NCBI RefSeq assembly: GCF_902652985.1
Contig: NC_047015.1
Span: 22,630,001-22,694,000, forward strand
Direction: 5' to 3'
Source of the DNA: Pecten maximus
Taxonomy: Eukaryota
Length of the DNA stretch: 64,000 nt
The notes beneath the pieces are model-generated. The model did no database searches. It was given only the letters and a program-made list of their open reading frames with translations, and had not been told where the DNA came from. The position numbers were made by a program, and so were the translations under genes. Numbering within the stretch: the stretch's first letter is position 1; every line of letters starts with the position of its first letter. Shown here one piece after another: positions 27,685 through 43,600 of this stretch.

Positions 27685-29790
27685 TAGTTTGTGAGAAGGT
27701 GCAATGTAGTTTGTGACATGGTGTACTGTAGTTTGTGAGATGGTGTACTGTAGTTTGTGAGATGTTGTAGTGTAGTTTGTGAGATGGTGTAGTGTAGTTT
27801 GTGAGATGGTGTAGTGTAGTTTGTGAGATGGTGTAGTGTAGTTTGTAAGATGGTGTACTGTAGTTTGTGAGATGGTGTACTGTAGTTTGTGAGATGGTGT
27901 ACTGTAGTTTGTGAGATGGTGTAGTGTAGTTTGTGAGATGGTGTACTGTAGTTTGTGAGATGGTGTACTGTAGTTTGTGAGATGGTGTACTGTGGTTTGT
28001 GAGATGTTGTACTGTGGTTTGTGAGATGGTGTACTGTAGTTTGTGAGATGGTGTAGTGTTAGTTTGTGAGTGTTGTAAGTGTAGGTTTGTGAGATGGTTG
28101 TAGTGGTAGTTTGTGAAGATGTGTACTGTATGTTTGTGAGATGGTTTGTAACTGTACTTTGTGAGATGGTTGTAGTGTACTTGTGAGATGGTTTGTACTG
28201 TAGTTTGTGAGAATGGTTGTAGTGTAGTTTTTGTGAGATGGCTTTGTACTGTAGTTTTGTGAGATGGTGTGTAGTTGTTAGTTGTGAGATGTGTAGTTGT
28301 TAGTTTGTGAGATGGTTTGTAGTTGTAGTTTGTGAGATGTTGTACTGTGTTTGTTATGTGAAGCATGTTTGTACTATCGTTTGTGAGACTGGTGGTTTGT
28401 AGTGTAGTTTGTGAGATGTTGTACTGTAGTTTGTGAGATGTTGTACTGTAGTTTGTGAGATGGTGTAGTGTAGTTTGTGAGATGGTGTACTGTAGTTTGT
28501 GAGATGGTGTACTGTAGTTTGTGAGATGGTGTACTGTAGTTTGTGAGATGGTGTACTGTAGTTTGTGAGATGGTTGTACTGTAGTTTGTGAGATGGTGTA
28601 GTGTTTTGTTGTGTGTGTAGTGTAGTTTGTGAGATGGTGTACTGTAGTTTGTGAGATGGTGTACTGTAGTTTGGTGGAGGTTGTGTGTACTGTGGTTTGT
28701 GAGATGGTGTACTGTAGTTTGTAGATGGTGTAGTGTAGTTTTTGAGATGGTGTACTGTAGTTGTTGTGTACTGTATTGTGAATGGTGTATGTAGTTTGTA
28801 GATGGTGTACTGTAGTTTGTGAGATGTGTACTGTGTTGTGAGATGTGTATGTGTTTGTGATGGTGTATGAGTTGTAGATGTGTATGTTTTGTGAGATGTG
28901 TACTGTGTTTGTAGTGGTGTAGTGTAGTTTGTGAGATGGTGTAGTGTAGTTTGTGAGATGGTGTAGTGTAGTTTGTGAGATGGTGTAGTGTAGTTTGTGA
29001 GATGTTGTACTGTAGTTTGTGAGATGGTGTATTATAGTTTGCGTACTGTGGTTGGTGAGATGTTGTACTGTAGTTTGTGAGATGGTGTAGTGTAGTTTGT
29101 GAGATGGTGTACTGTAGTTTGTGAGATGGTGTACTGTAGTTTGTGAGATGTTGTACTGTGGTTTGTGAGATGGTGTAGTGTACTTTGTGAGATGGTGTAG
29201 TGTAGTTTGTGAGATGGTGTACTGTAGTTTGTGAGATGTACTGTAGTTTGTGAGATGGTGTACTGTAGTTTGTAAGATGGTGTACTGTAGTTTGTGAGAT
29301 GTTGTACTGTGGTTTGTGAGATGGTGTAGTGTAGTTTGTGAGATGGTGTAGTGTAGTTTGTGAGATGGTGTAGTGTAGTTTGTGAGATGTTGTACTGTAG
29401 TTTGTGAGATGGTGTAGTGTAGTTTGTGAGATGGTGTACTGTAGTTTGTGAGATGGTGTACTGTAGTTTGTAAGATGGTTGTACTGTGGTTTGTGAGATG
29501 GTGTAGTGTAGTTTGTGAGATGGTGTAGTGTAGTTTGTGAGATGTTGTACTGTAGTTTGTGAGATGGTGTACTGTAGTTTGTGAGATGGTGTACTGTAGT
29601 TTGTGTACTGTGGTTTGTGAGATGGTGTAGTGTAGTTTGTGAGATGGTGTACTGTAGTTTGTGAGATGTTGTGTAGTTTGTGAGATGTTGTACTGTAGTT
29701 TGTGAGATGGTGTACTATAGTTTGTGAGATGTTGTACTGTAGTTTGTGTACTGTGGTTTGTGAGATGGTGTATTATAGTTAGTGATATGA
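27685..29790. repeat. 22-bp GT-rich minisatellite, about 95 copies
   Basis: GTGTASTGTAGTTTGTGAGATG. Period 22 (27721/27743). The middle is indel-rich. Confidence 0.96.
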
Positions 29791-30954
29791 TACTATGTGT
29801 TTTTATTGTGAGATGGTATTCTCTAGAGTAGTTTGCATGATACGACCCCTGTACACAGTGACATGAATGCACGTTCTGTCAGTATGTCGAGTTTTGTCGA
29901 TGACTATTGATTAGGTCGGTTTCGATTATCACCGACAGGCAGGCATGACGGATGAGCCCTGATCGGGACTAAACCATGTATGATGTATCACTCCGCGGTG
30001 TAGTCGGAGCTTCCGCGGCACATTGTTATCTGTAGCAGCAAATAGACCAGCGTCCAACTGTGAAACCGCCATCCCCTTCATCACTCCAGGCCACGCTCTG
30101 GGTGTGACAGGCACCCACGAGTTTCAGTTCAAAAGTTCACCGTTCACCATGTTCTACGTAACGAACTTGCTGATGCTGTAGGTATTTCTGACCATTTTTG
30201 GACAAGAACGAACATCACACAAGATCGTCTGTCGTAGCCCTCAGTCTGTGTGTGATTCGTCAATAAGGACATCACTTACATTGTAAACCAGTAACTGACA
30301 GCACGAGCCCGTCCACAATCTCTATTCCTTCGTATTTTCATATTTAAAAAAAAAATCTTCATGTCGTGTCTATGTCAATGGATATGGCAGTGTCTCAGTT
30401 GAAATTCTACTTTTTACATTAGTACATGTATTGTATGATACTGACTCTTCCCGGTATAACGTATACAGCACGGTCTTAGTGGGCTCATACATTATTTACA
30501 GGCAGGTGAGGTGATGCATCTAAACCGAGTGGTCATCTGTTGATAGTGGTGAATGGCCGGGTCTATCGGAGACGACAATCGGACGCAACGCTTTGTGCAT
30601 AAAAATGATGATCGGACATGCAATCAATTGGGCACGCAGCACGTGAGCTTTGATCATCCGTAGATGTCTATCGGTGGACCTTGCGGCCGCTTCACTGGGA
30701 ATATAAATGGACCTAACTACTTCGTAAAAAAATCCCTTCACTTTCATGCTCAATTAGAAATTTGTTCTCTGAAGTCGACAAAGACTGAATATGTACATGC
30801 AGCAATAAGCACGCCACTTTGATCTCTGATATAGCTCTAGAGCGTGTTAATGGTCAGCTAACACTTAACGAAGAATCGTAAGATCAGAAAGAATTTACAA
30901 TATCAATAAACTAAACAGTTCCTGTAGCTATACATATTCATGCAGCTAGAGAAC

Positions 30955-31390
30955 ATCCATATAGCTTCCCATAGCTAACCGATATACATATATTTCCACA
31001 TAGCTAACCGATATACAGATCTCCCCATAGCTAACCGATATACATATCTCCCCATAGCTAACCGATATACATATCTCCCCATAGCTAACCGATATACCTA
31101 TATCCCCATAGCTAACCGATATACATATATCTCCCATAGGTAACCGATATACTTATATCTCCCATAGCTAACCGATATACATATCTCCCAATAGCTAACC
31201 GATATACATATCTTCTCATAGCTAACCGATATACATATCTCCCCATAGCTAACCGATATACCTATATCTCCCATAGCTAACCGATATACTTATATCTCCC
31301 ATAGCTAACCGATATACATATCTACCAATAGCTAACCGATAAACATATCTCCCCATAGCTAACCGATATACATATCTCGTCATAGCTAAA
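30955..31390. repeat. 27-bp minisatellite
   Basis: CATAGCTAACCGATATACATATCTCCC. Period 27 (31026/31053). Confidence 0.95.
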
Positions 31391-31418
31391 CAATATATAT
31401 ATTTTCATACAGCTAAAC

Positions 31419-31941
31419 GGGTATTTACAGGATCTCACTGTGTGACGTAAGAGTAGGTATTTACAGGATCTCACTATGTGACGTAAGAGGAATGTAATTA
31501 CAGGATCTCACTGTATGACGTAAGATGAGGACATTTACAGGATCTCACTGTATGGCGTAAGAGGAGGTATTAACAGGATCTCACTGTATGACGTAAGAGG
31601 AGGTATTACAGGATCTCACTGTATGACGTAACAGGAGGTATTTACAGGATCTCACTGTATGACGTAACAGGAGGTATTTACAGGATCTCACTGTATGACG
31701 TAAGATGAGGACATTTACAGGATCTCACTGTATGACGTAAGATGAGGACATTTACAGGATCTCACTGTATGACGTAACAGGAGGTATTTACAGGATCTCA
31801 CTGTATGACGTAACATGAGGTATTTACAGGATCTCACTGTATGACGTAACTGGAGGTATTTACAGGATCTCATTGTATGAGGTAACTGGAGGTATTTACA
31901 GGATCTCACTGTATGACGTAACTGGAGGTATTTACAGGATC
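31419..31941. repeat. 36-bp minisatellite, about 14 copies
   Basis: GGTATTTACAGGATCTCACTGTATGACGTAASAGGA repeated. Confidence 0.95.
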
Positions 31942-32254
31942 AGTGTGGTTTATTTTATGTCTTCCGTTTAATGGACATTAGAGAACCCCACAGAAAAGGC
32001 TTGCATGCCGTTACATGTTGACAGTAGGAGACGACTCATAGTGACAATCCTACCCAATCGGGAGTTTTCTTCTATGCATCCCTTTATCAAAATATAAATG
32101 TATTGATGGGATCTGCTGTCCCCATAACAGTACCTGTGATCTTTGTGGTTTATGTGTTTTGTTTTGGTCAGGTGTTGTCCCTTCCATTAACTTTAAAAAA
32201 GATCGGTCATTCACGGAATAGTTCTTCATAGAAACGTGCTTTCCTACACTGAAT

Positions 32255-32451
32255 GAATGACTTCCCATAGAGGCGTACAAGGAGTGAATAACTACCCATA
32301 GAGGCATTCATGGAGGGAATAACTTCCCATAGAGGCATTCATGGAGTGAATAACTTCCCATAGAGGCATTCATGGAGTGAATAACTTCCCATAGAGGCAT
32401 TCATGGAGGGAATAACTACCCATAGAGACATTCATGGAGGGAATAACTTCC
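32255..32451. repeat. 31-bp minisatellite, about 6 copies
   Basis: GAATAACTTCCCATAGAGGCATTCATGGAGK. Period 31. Confidence 0.92.
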
Positions 32452-33864
32452 TTTACCTTTTACACAACCAATTATACATATCTGTTTCACCGACAATAAA
32501 TCCGACACCTCGAAATAATGTTACTCAAACTTAAAACCAACATGTCCTATAGCTCGTCCTATTCAGTTCGGAGGTCAAACAAGTGCCCGACCTTGACAAA
32601 GACACGTGTTTCTGAGAGCTGGCCAGGGTGACGTAGGCATTGGATGCCATTATAACATGCTGTATAGCATCAAGTATGATACACATAATGCAGAATTGTA
32701 CGTAAAATTAAATATTCGGCCCCACGGCCAAACATACCATACTTTGTATTTCTGTCTTTATTGGTTTGTATATCTTTCAAAAGGTTTTATTGCTACATCA
32801 GCTTTTTGTTATTTACAATGCTGTTGCAAAACAATATCAATCTTATTGAAATATGTTGGGTCAAACAAATTAAAGAATTTAAACATTTAAACAAAAACTT
32901 TTTTCTGTTTACCATTTTGTACATTACTCATGACCGCTGATTAAATATACGAAGCTAGTAACAAATTATTGCGATAAAGAGTAAGGTATCTGGGTCATTA
33001 CTCTCAATTTACACTGGAAAACCGTGTTTATATGTTAATTTCATTTTTGAATAAGAGCCGGTGAGTTGGAAATGAATAACGGTCCGGTAAGTTGTCTATG
33101 TTGATATTTAGAACCACAAATTTGTTTTCTGATACAGAAGTGTGAATAGCATTTATTATTGGTGTGTTTGTAACAAGGGCGAGTATAATTAGTAGACGGA
33201 CAGAATGGTCATTTCGTCCCCGGCTCGCAGCATTTTATTCTGGTTTCAAATTTAAAAGTACAGGTCAATGGTTTAGTGTTAAAGATCGGTATATTTAACG
33301 TTTAATGGCTATTCACGATGTCAGAAGACTTTCAGAAAGGTACAAACAACGACATAGATATCACTTCACTCTCCCTTTGTCGCCATCGCTGACAACATGT
33401 ATATAGCCCGGGAGTTTGGGACCAGTCCGGCGCTGGAATAACTGTCGGTACTTTTCTCTTTAACAGTGTGAATTACATCTCTCACGCCACAAGAAACAAG
33501 TGCACGTGCCACGTCGTTACCAGACCGTGTAACTACTGATTACGCTTGGTTAATCACAGATTTCTGACGTATGAGCCTAGAATCGTATCATGGAGAAAGG
33601 TATCACCAGAGATAAAAACTATTTCATTTATAAATAATTATCGACTCATATTTTCAAAACCCAGAAGGCATTAAGTGACAAGCGTGTCTATTTGTAGCTT
33701 TACGTTGTAAGTAACACCTTCGGTTGTAAAGCTCTCTGACGGATGACATCACTCTACTGGTCTATTTTATATGTATAATATTACGGGTACTGTTACACAC
33801 GATACATGAGCATACCTAGCCTTAAAGTGATGACATCACGTCACCACGACACAATTTTACTTTG

Positions 33865-34630
33865 TAACACTATGGCAACAACATTTTACCAAGATACACC
33901 AAGACAACGGCAATTTTACTCTATACACCATGACAACGACAGTTTTACTCATATACACCAGGACAACGACAGTTTTACTCATATAAACCATGACGACAGT
34001 TTTTTTGATAAACGCAATGACAACGACAGTTTTACTCATACAAACCATGACAACGACAGTTTTACTCATAAACACTATGACGACGACAGCTCTACCCAAA
34101 TAAACCATGACAACGACACCATATACACCATGACAACGACAGTTTTACCCCTATACACCAAACCAACGACACATTTACCCATATATACCATAACAACTGC
34201 AGTTTTACCCAGATACACCATCACAACGACAGTTTTACCTAGATACATCATGACGACGACAGTTTTACCAATATATACCACGACAACGATAGTTTTATCC
34301 ATATATACCATTTCAACCACAGTTTTACCCAGAAACACCATGACAACGGAAGTTTTACCCAGACACACCATGACAACGACATTTTTACCCAGACACACCA
34401 TGACAAGGATTGTTTTACTCAGACACACCATGGCAACGACTGTTTTACCAAGACACACCATGGCAACGACTGTTTTACCAAGACACACCATGGCAACGAC
34501 TGTTTTACCAAGACACACCATGGCAACGACTGTTTTACCAAGACACACCATGACAACGACTGTTTTACCAAGACACACCATGGCAACGACTGTTTTACCA
34601 AGACACACCATGGCAACGACTATTTTACCC
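33865..34630. repeat. 30-bp minisatellite with a polar divergence gradient
   Basis: CACCATGRCAACGACWGTTTTACCMAGAYA. Degenerate on the left, homogeneous on the right. Confidence 0.94.
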
Positions 34631-34699
34631 AAATTCATATTGCAATTAGCCATCGTAGTATTACCATATACCGTTACACCATTATTGACACGGTATACA

Positions 34700-37600
34700 T
34701 AGCTATACACGGTTTACATATCTAGTATTGCACAGTTATACACGGTTAATATATTTATACGTAGTTTTACATGGTTAACATATTTATACGTAGTTTTACA
34801 TGGTTAACATATGTATACGTAGTTTTACATGGTTAACATATTTATACGTAGTTTTACATGGTTAACATATTTATAAATAGTTATACACGGTTTAAATAGT
34901 TATACACGGTTTACATCGTTATATAGTCATATACGGTTTACATAGTTATACACGGTTTACATAGTTATACAGTTGTACACGGTTTACATAGTTATACATA
35001 GTTATAAACGGTTTACATAGTTATACACTGTTTACATAGTTATACAGTTATACACGATTTACATAGTTATACACGGTTTACATAGTTATACATAGTTATA
35101 CACGGTTTACATAGTTATACACGGTTTACATAGTTATACATAGTTATACACGGTTTACATAGTTATACACGGTTTACATCGTTATACAGTTATACACGGT
35201 TTACATAGTTATACAGTTATACACGGTTTACATAGTTATACATAGTTATAAACGGTTTACATAGTTATACACGGTTTTCATAGTTATACATAGTTATAAA
35301 CGATTTACATAGTTATACACGGTTTACATAGTTATAGTTATACACGGTTTGCATAGTTATACACGGTTTACATAGTTATACACGGTTTACATAGTTATAC
35401 AGTTATACACGGTTTACATAGTTATGCAGTTATACACGGTTTACATAGTTATAGACGGTTTACATAGTTATAGACGGTTTACATAGTTATACACGGTTTA
35501 CATAGTTATACATAGTTATTAACTATTTACATAGTTATAAACGGTTTACATAGTTATAAACGGTTTACATAGTTATAAACGGTTTACATAGTTATACACG
35601 GTTTACATAGTAATACACGGTTTACATAGTTATACAGTTATACACGGTTTACATAGTTATACAGTTATACACGGTTTACATAGTTATACACGGTTTACAT
35701 AGTTATACAGTTATACACGGTTTACATAGTTATACACGGTTCACATAGTTATACACGGTTTACATAGTTATACAGTTATACACGGTTGACATAGTTATAC
35801 ATAGTTATACACGGTTTACATAGTTATACATAGTTATACACGGTTTACATAGTTATACATAGTTATACACGGTTCACATAGTTATACAGTTATACACGGT
35901 TTACATAGTTATACACGGTTTACATAGTTATACAGTTATACACGGTTTACATAGTTATACACGGTTTACATAGTTATACATAGTTATACACGGTTTACAT
36001 AGTTATACACGGTTTACATAGTTATACACGGTTTACATAGTTATACACGGTTTACATAGTTATACATAGTTATACACGGTTTACATAGTTATACACGGTT
36101 TACATCGTTATACAGTTATACACGGTTTACATAGTTATACAGTTATACACGGTTTACATAGTTATACATAGTTATAAACGGTTTACATAGTTATACACGG
36201 TTTTCATAGTTATACATAGTTATAAACGATTACATAGTTATACACGGTTTACACAGTTATACATAGTTATACACGGTTCACATAGTTATACAGTTATACA
36301 CGGTTTACATAGTTATACAGTTATATACGGTTTACATAGTTATACATAGTTATAAACGGTTTACATAGTTATACACGGTTTACATAGTTATACAGTTATA
36401 CACGGTTTACATAGTTATACACGGTTTACATAGTTATACACGGTTTACATAGTTATACATAGTTTTAAACTGTTTACATAGTTATAAACGGTTTACATAG
36501 TTATACACGGTTTACATAGTTATACACGGTTTAAATAGTTAAACAGTTATACAAGGTTTAGATAGTTATACACGGTTTAAATAGTTATACGGTTATACAA
36601 GGTTTAGATAGCTATACACGCTTTAAATAGTTATACGGTTATACAAGGTTCAGATAGTTATACACGCTTTAAATAGTTATACGGTTATACAAGGTTTAGA
36701 TAGTTATACACGCTTTAAATAGTTATACGGTTATACACGGTTTACATAGTTATACACGGTTTACATAGTTATACACGGTTTACATAGTTATACACGGTTT
36801 ACATAGTTATACAGTTATACACGGTTTACATAGTTATACACGGTTTACATAGTTATACACGGTTTACATAGTTATACACTGTTTACATATACTGTAGTCC
36901 GTAAGATCAAGTGCGTAAACAGCTGAAGTCTGAATATCTACGGTTTATTTATTACCGACACAGTTATACACGGTTTATTTAATACCGACACAGTTATACA
37001 CGGTATATTTATTACTGACACAGTTATACACGGTTTATTTAGTACCGACACAGTTATACACGGTATATTTAGTACCGACACAGTTATACACGGTTTATTT
37101 AGTACCGACACAGTTATACACGGTATATTTAGTACCGACACAGTTATACACGGTATATTTATTACTGACACAGTTATACACGGTTCATTTAGTACCGACA
37201 CAGTTATACACGGTATATTTAGTACCGACACATTTATACACGGTTTATTTATTACTGACACAGTTATACACGGTATATTTATTACTGACACAGTTATACA
37301 CGGTATATTAAGGACCGACACAGTTATACACGGTTTATTTAGTACTGACACAGTTATACACGGTTTATTTAGTACCGACACAGTTATACACGGTATATTT
37401 ATTACCGACACAGTTATACACGGTTTATTTAGTACCGACACAGTTATACACGGTATATTTAGTACCGACACAGTTATACACGGTATATTTATTACCGACA
37501 CAGTTATACACGGTTTATTTAGTACCGACACAGTTATACACGGTATATACATAGTTATACACGGTTCACATAGTTATACAGTTATACACGGTTTACATAG

Positions 37601-40600
37601 TTATACAGTTATACACGGTTTACATAGTTATACACGGTTTACATAGTTATAGTTATACACGGTTTGCATAGTTATACACGGTTTACATAGTTATACACGG
37701 TTTACATAGTTATACAGTTATACATGGTTTACATAGTTATACAGTTATACACGGTTTACATAGTTATACACGGTTTACATAGTTATAGTTATACACGGTT
37801 TGCATAGTTATACACGGTTTACATAGTTATACACGGTTTACATAGTTATACAGTTATACACGGTTTACATAGTTATGCAGTTATACACGGTTTACATAGT
37901 TATAGACGGTTTACATAGTTATACACGGTTTACATAGTTATACATAGTTATTAACTATTTACATAGTTATAAACGGTTTACATAGTTATAAACGGTTTAC
38001 ATAGTTATACACGGTTTACATAGTAATACACGGTTTACATAGTTATACAGTTATACACGGTTTACATAGTTATACAGTTATACACGGTTTACATAGTTAT
38101 ACACGGTTTACATAGTTATACAGTTATACACGGTTTACATAGTTATACACGGTTCACATAGTTATACACGGTTCACATAGTTATACAGTTATACACGGTT
38201 TACATAGTTATACATAGTTATACACGGTTTACATAGTTATACATAGTTATACACGGTTTACATAGTTATACATAGTTATACACGGTTCACATAGTTATAC
38301 AGTTATACACGGTTTACATAGTTATACAGTTATACACGGTTTACATAGTTATACACGGTTTACATAGTTATACATAGTTATACACGGTTTACATAGTTAT
38401 ACACGGTTTACATAGTTATACATAGTTATACACGGTTTACATAGTTATACACGGTTTACATCGTTATACAGTTATACACGGTTTACATAGTTATACAGTT
38501 ATACACGGTTTACATAGTTATACATAGTTATAAACGGTTTACATAGTTATACACGGTTTACATAGTTATACATAGTTATAAACGATTTACATAGTTATAC
38601 ACGGTTTACACAGTTATACATAGTTATACACGGTTCACATAGTTATACAGTTATACACGGTTTACATAGTTATACAGTTATATACGGTTTACATAGTTAT
38701 ACATAGTTATAAACGGTTTACATAGTTATACACGGTTTACATAGTTATACAGTTATACATGGTTTACAAAGTTATACACGGTTTACATAGTTATACACGG
38801 TTTACATAGTTATACACGGTTTACATAGTTATACATAGTTATAAACTGTTTACATAGTTATAAACGGTTTACATAGTTATACACGGTTTACATAGTTATA
38901 CACGGTTTACATAGTTATACAGTTATACACGGTTTACATAGTTATACACGGTTCACATAGTTATACACGGTTTACATAGTTATACAGTTATACACGGTTG
39001 ACATAGTTATACATAGTTATACACGGTTTACATAGTTATACATAGTTATACATGGTTTACATAGTTATACATAGTTATACACGGTTCACATAGTTATACA
39101 GTTATACACGGTTTACATAGTTATACACGGTTTACATAGTTATACAGTTATACACGGTTTACATAGTTATACACGGTTTACATAGTTATACATAGTTATA
39201 CACGGTTTACATAGTTATACACGGTTTACATAGTTATACACGGTTTACATAGTTATACATAGTTATACACGGTTTACATAGTTATACACGGTTTACATCG
39301 TTATACAGTTATACACGGTTTACATAGTTATACAGTTATACACGGTTTACATAGTTATACATAGTTATAAACGGTTTACATAGTTATACACGGTTTTCAT
39401 AGTTATACATAGTTATAAACGATTACATAGTTATACACGGTTTACACAGTTATACATAGTTATACACGGTTCACATAGTTATACAGTTATACACGGTTTA
39501 CATAGTTATACAGTTATATACGGTTTACATAGTTATACATAGTTATAAACGGTTTACATAGTTATACACGGTTTACATAGTTATACAGTTATACACGGTT
39601 TACATAGTTATACACGGTTTACATAGTTATACACGGTTTACATAGTTATACATAGTTTTAAACTGTTTACATAGTTATAAACGGTTTACATAGTTATACA
39701 CGGTTTACATAGTTATACACGGTTTAAATAGTTAAACAGTTATACAAGGTTTAGATAGTTATACACGGTTTAAATAGTTATACGGTTATACAAGGTTTAG
39801 ATAGCTATACACGCTTTAAATAGTTATACGGTTATACAAGGTTCAGATAGTTATACACGCTTTAAATAGTTATACGGTTATACAAGGTTTAGATAGTTAT
39901 ACACGCTTTAAATAGTTATACGGTTATACACGGTTTACATAGTTATACACGGTTTACATAGTTATACACGGTTTACATAGTTATACACTGTTTACATAGT
40001 TATACAGTTATACACGGTTTACATAGTTATACACGGTTTACATAGTTATACACGGTTTACATAGTTATACACTGTTTACATATACTGTAGTCCGTAAGAT
40101 CAAGTGCGTAAACAGCTGAAGTCTGAATATCTACGGTTTATTTATTACCGACACAGTTATACACGGTTTATTTAATACCGACACAGTTATACACGGTATA
40201 TTTATTACTGACACAGTTATACACGGTTTATTTAGTACCGACACAGTTATACACGGTATATTTAGTACCGACACAGTTATACACGGTTTATTTAGTACCG
40301 ACACAGTTATACACGGTATATTTAGTACCGACACAGTTATACACGGTATATTTATTACTGACACAGTTATACACGGTTCATTTAGTACCGACACAGTTAT
40401 ACACGGTATATTTAGTACCGACACATTTATACACGGTTTATTTATTACTGACACAGTTATACACGGTATATTTATTACTGACACAGTTATACACGGTATA
40501 TTAAGGACCGACACAGTTATACACGGTTTATTTAGTACTGACACAGTTATACACGGTTTATTTAGTACCGACACAGTTATACACGGTATATTTATTACCG

Positions 40601-43600
40601 ACACAGTTATACACGGTTTATTTAGTACCGACACAGTTATACACGGTATATTTAGTACCGACACAGTTATACACGGTATATTTATTACCGACACAGTTAT
40701 ACACGGTTTATTTAGTACCGACACAGTTATACACGGTTTATTTAGTACCGACACAGTTATACACGGTATATACATAGTTATACACGGTTCACATAGTTAT
40801 ACAGTTATACACGGTTTACATAGTTATACAGTTATACACGGTTTACATAGTTATACACGGTTTACATAGTTATAGTTATACACGGTTTGCATAGTTATAC
40901 ACGGTTTACATAGTTATACACGGTTTACATAGTTATACAGTTATACATGGTTTACATAGTTATACAGTTATACACGGTTTACATAGTTATACACGGTTTA
41001 CATAGTTATAGTTATACACGGTTTGCATAGTTATACACGGTTTACATAGTTATACACGGTTTACATAGTTATACAGTTATACACGGTTTACATAGTTATG
41101 CAGTTATACACGGTTTACATAGTTATAGACGGTTTACATAGTTATACACGGTTTACATAGTTATACATAGTTATTAACTATTTACATAGTTATAAACGGT
41201 TTACATAGTTATAAACGGTTTACATAGTTATACACGGTTTACATAGTAATACACGGTTTACATAGTTATACAGTTATACACGGTTTACATAGTTATACAG
41301 TTATACACGGTTTACATAGTTATACACGGTTTACATAGTTATACAGTTATACACGGTTTACATAGTTATACACGGTTCACATAGTTATACACGGTTCACA
41401 TAGTTATACAGTTATACACGGTTTACATAGTTATACATAGTTATACACGGTTTACATAGTTATACATAGTTATACACGGTTTACATAGTTATACATAGTT
41501 ATACACGGTTCACATAGTTATACAGTTATACACGGTTTACATAGTTATACAGTTATACACGGTTTACATAGTTATACACGGTTTACATAGTTATACATAG
41601 TTATACACGGTTTACATAGTTATACACGGTTTACATAGTTATACATAGTTATACACGGTTTACATAGTTATACACGGTTTACATCGTTATACAGTTATAC
41701 ACGGTTTACATAGTTATACAGTTATACACGGTTTACATAGTTATACATAGTTATAAACGGTTTACATAGTTATACACGGTTTACATAGTTATACATAGTT
41801 ATAAACGATTTACATAGTTATACACGGTTTACACAGTTATACATAGTTATACACGGTTCACATAGTTATACAGTTATACACGGTTTACATAGTTATACAG
41901 TTATATACGGTTTACATAGTTATACATAGTTATAAACGGTTTACATAGTTATACACGGTTTACATAGTTATACAGTTATACATGGTTTACAAAGTTATAC
42001 ACGGTTTACATAGTTATACACGGTTTACATAGTTATACACGGTTTACATAGTTATACATAGTTATAAACTGTTTACATAGTTATAAACGGTTTACATAGT
42101 TATACACGGTTTACATAGTTATACACGGTTTAAATAGTTAAACAGTTATACAAGGTTTAGATAGTTATACACGGTTTAAATAGTTATACGGTTATACAAG
42201 GTTTAGATAGCTATACACGCTTTAAATAGTTATACGGTTATACAAGGTTCAGATAGTTATACACGCTTTAAATAGTTATACGGTTATACAAGGTTTAGAT
42301 AGTTATACACGCTTTAAATAGTTATACGGTTATACACGGTTTACATAGTTATACACGGTTTACATAGTTATACACGGTTTACATAGTTATACACTGTTTA
42401 CATAGTTATACAGTTATACACGGTTTACATAGTTATACACGGTTTACATAGTTATACACGGTTTACATAGTTATACACTGTTTACATATACTGTAGTCCG
42501 TAAGATCAAGTGCGTAAACAGCTGAAGTCTGAATATCTACGGTTTATTTAATACCGACACAGTTATACACGGTATATTTATTACTGACACAGTTATACAC
42601 GGTTTATTTAGTACCGACACAGTTATACACGGTATATTTAGTACCGACACAGTTATACACGGTTTATTTAGTACCGACACAGTTATACACGGTATATTTA
42701 GTACCGACACAGTTATACACGGTATATTTATTACTGACACAGTTATACACGGTTTATTTAATACCGACACAGTTATACACGGTTTATTTAGTACCGACAC
42801 AGTTATACACGGTTTATTTAGTACTGACACAGTTATACACGGTTTATTTAGTACCGACACAGTTATACACGGTATATTTAGTACCGACACAGTTATACAC
42901 GGTATATTTAGTACCGACACAGTTATACACGGTATATTTAGTACCGACACATTTATACACGGTTTATTTAGTACCGACACAGTTATACACGGTTCATTTA
43001 GTACCGACACAGTTATACACGGTATATTTAGTACCGACACATTTATACACGGTTTATTTATTACTGACACAGTTATACACGGTATATTTATTACTGACAC
43101 AGTTATACACGGTATATTTAGTACCGACACAGTTATACACGGTTTATTTATTACTGACACAGTTATACACGGTATATTTGGTACCGACACAGTTATACAC
43201 GGTTTACTATAACCGACACAGTTATACACGGTATATTTAGTACCGACACAGTTATACACGGTATATTTAGTACCGACACAGTTATACACGGTATATTTAG
43301 TACCGACACAGTTATACACGGTATATTTAGTACCGACACATTTATACACGGTTTATTTAGTACCGACACAGTTATACACGGTTCATTTAGTACCGACACA
43401 GTTATACACGGTATATTTAGTACCGACACATTTATACACGGTTTATTTATTACTGACACAGTTATACACGGTATATTTATTACTGACACAGTTATACACG
43501 GTATATTTAGTACCGACACAGTTATACACGGTTTATTTATTACTGACACAGTTATACACGGTATATTTGGTACCGACACAGTTATACACGGTTTACTATA

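Noticed and set aside
27641-29872. 743-aa Thr/His-rich ORF
   Set aside because: It is the complement of a GT-rich 22-bp array that lacks stop codons by composition.
33806-34702. 298-aa Thr-rich ORF
   Set aside because: 30-bp array with a frame change mid-ORF; the antisense frame is also open.
36891-42540. Repeat-spacer layout reminiscent of CRISPR
   Set aside because: The linkers are identical copies rather than unique spacers, there are no cas genes, and the context is eukaryotic.
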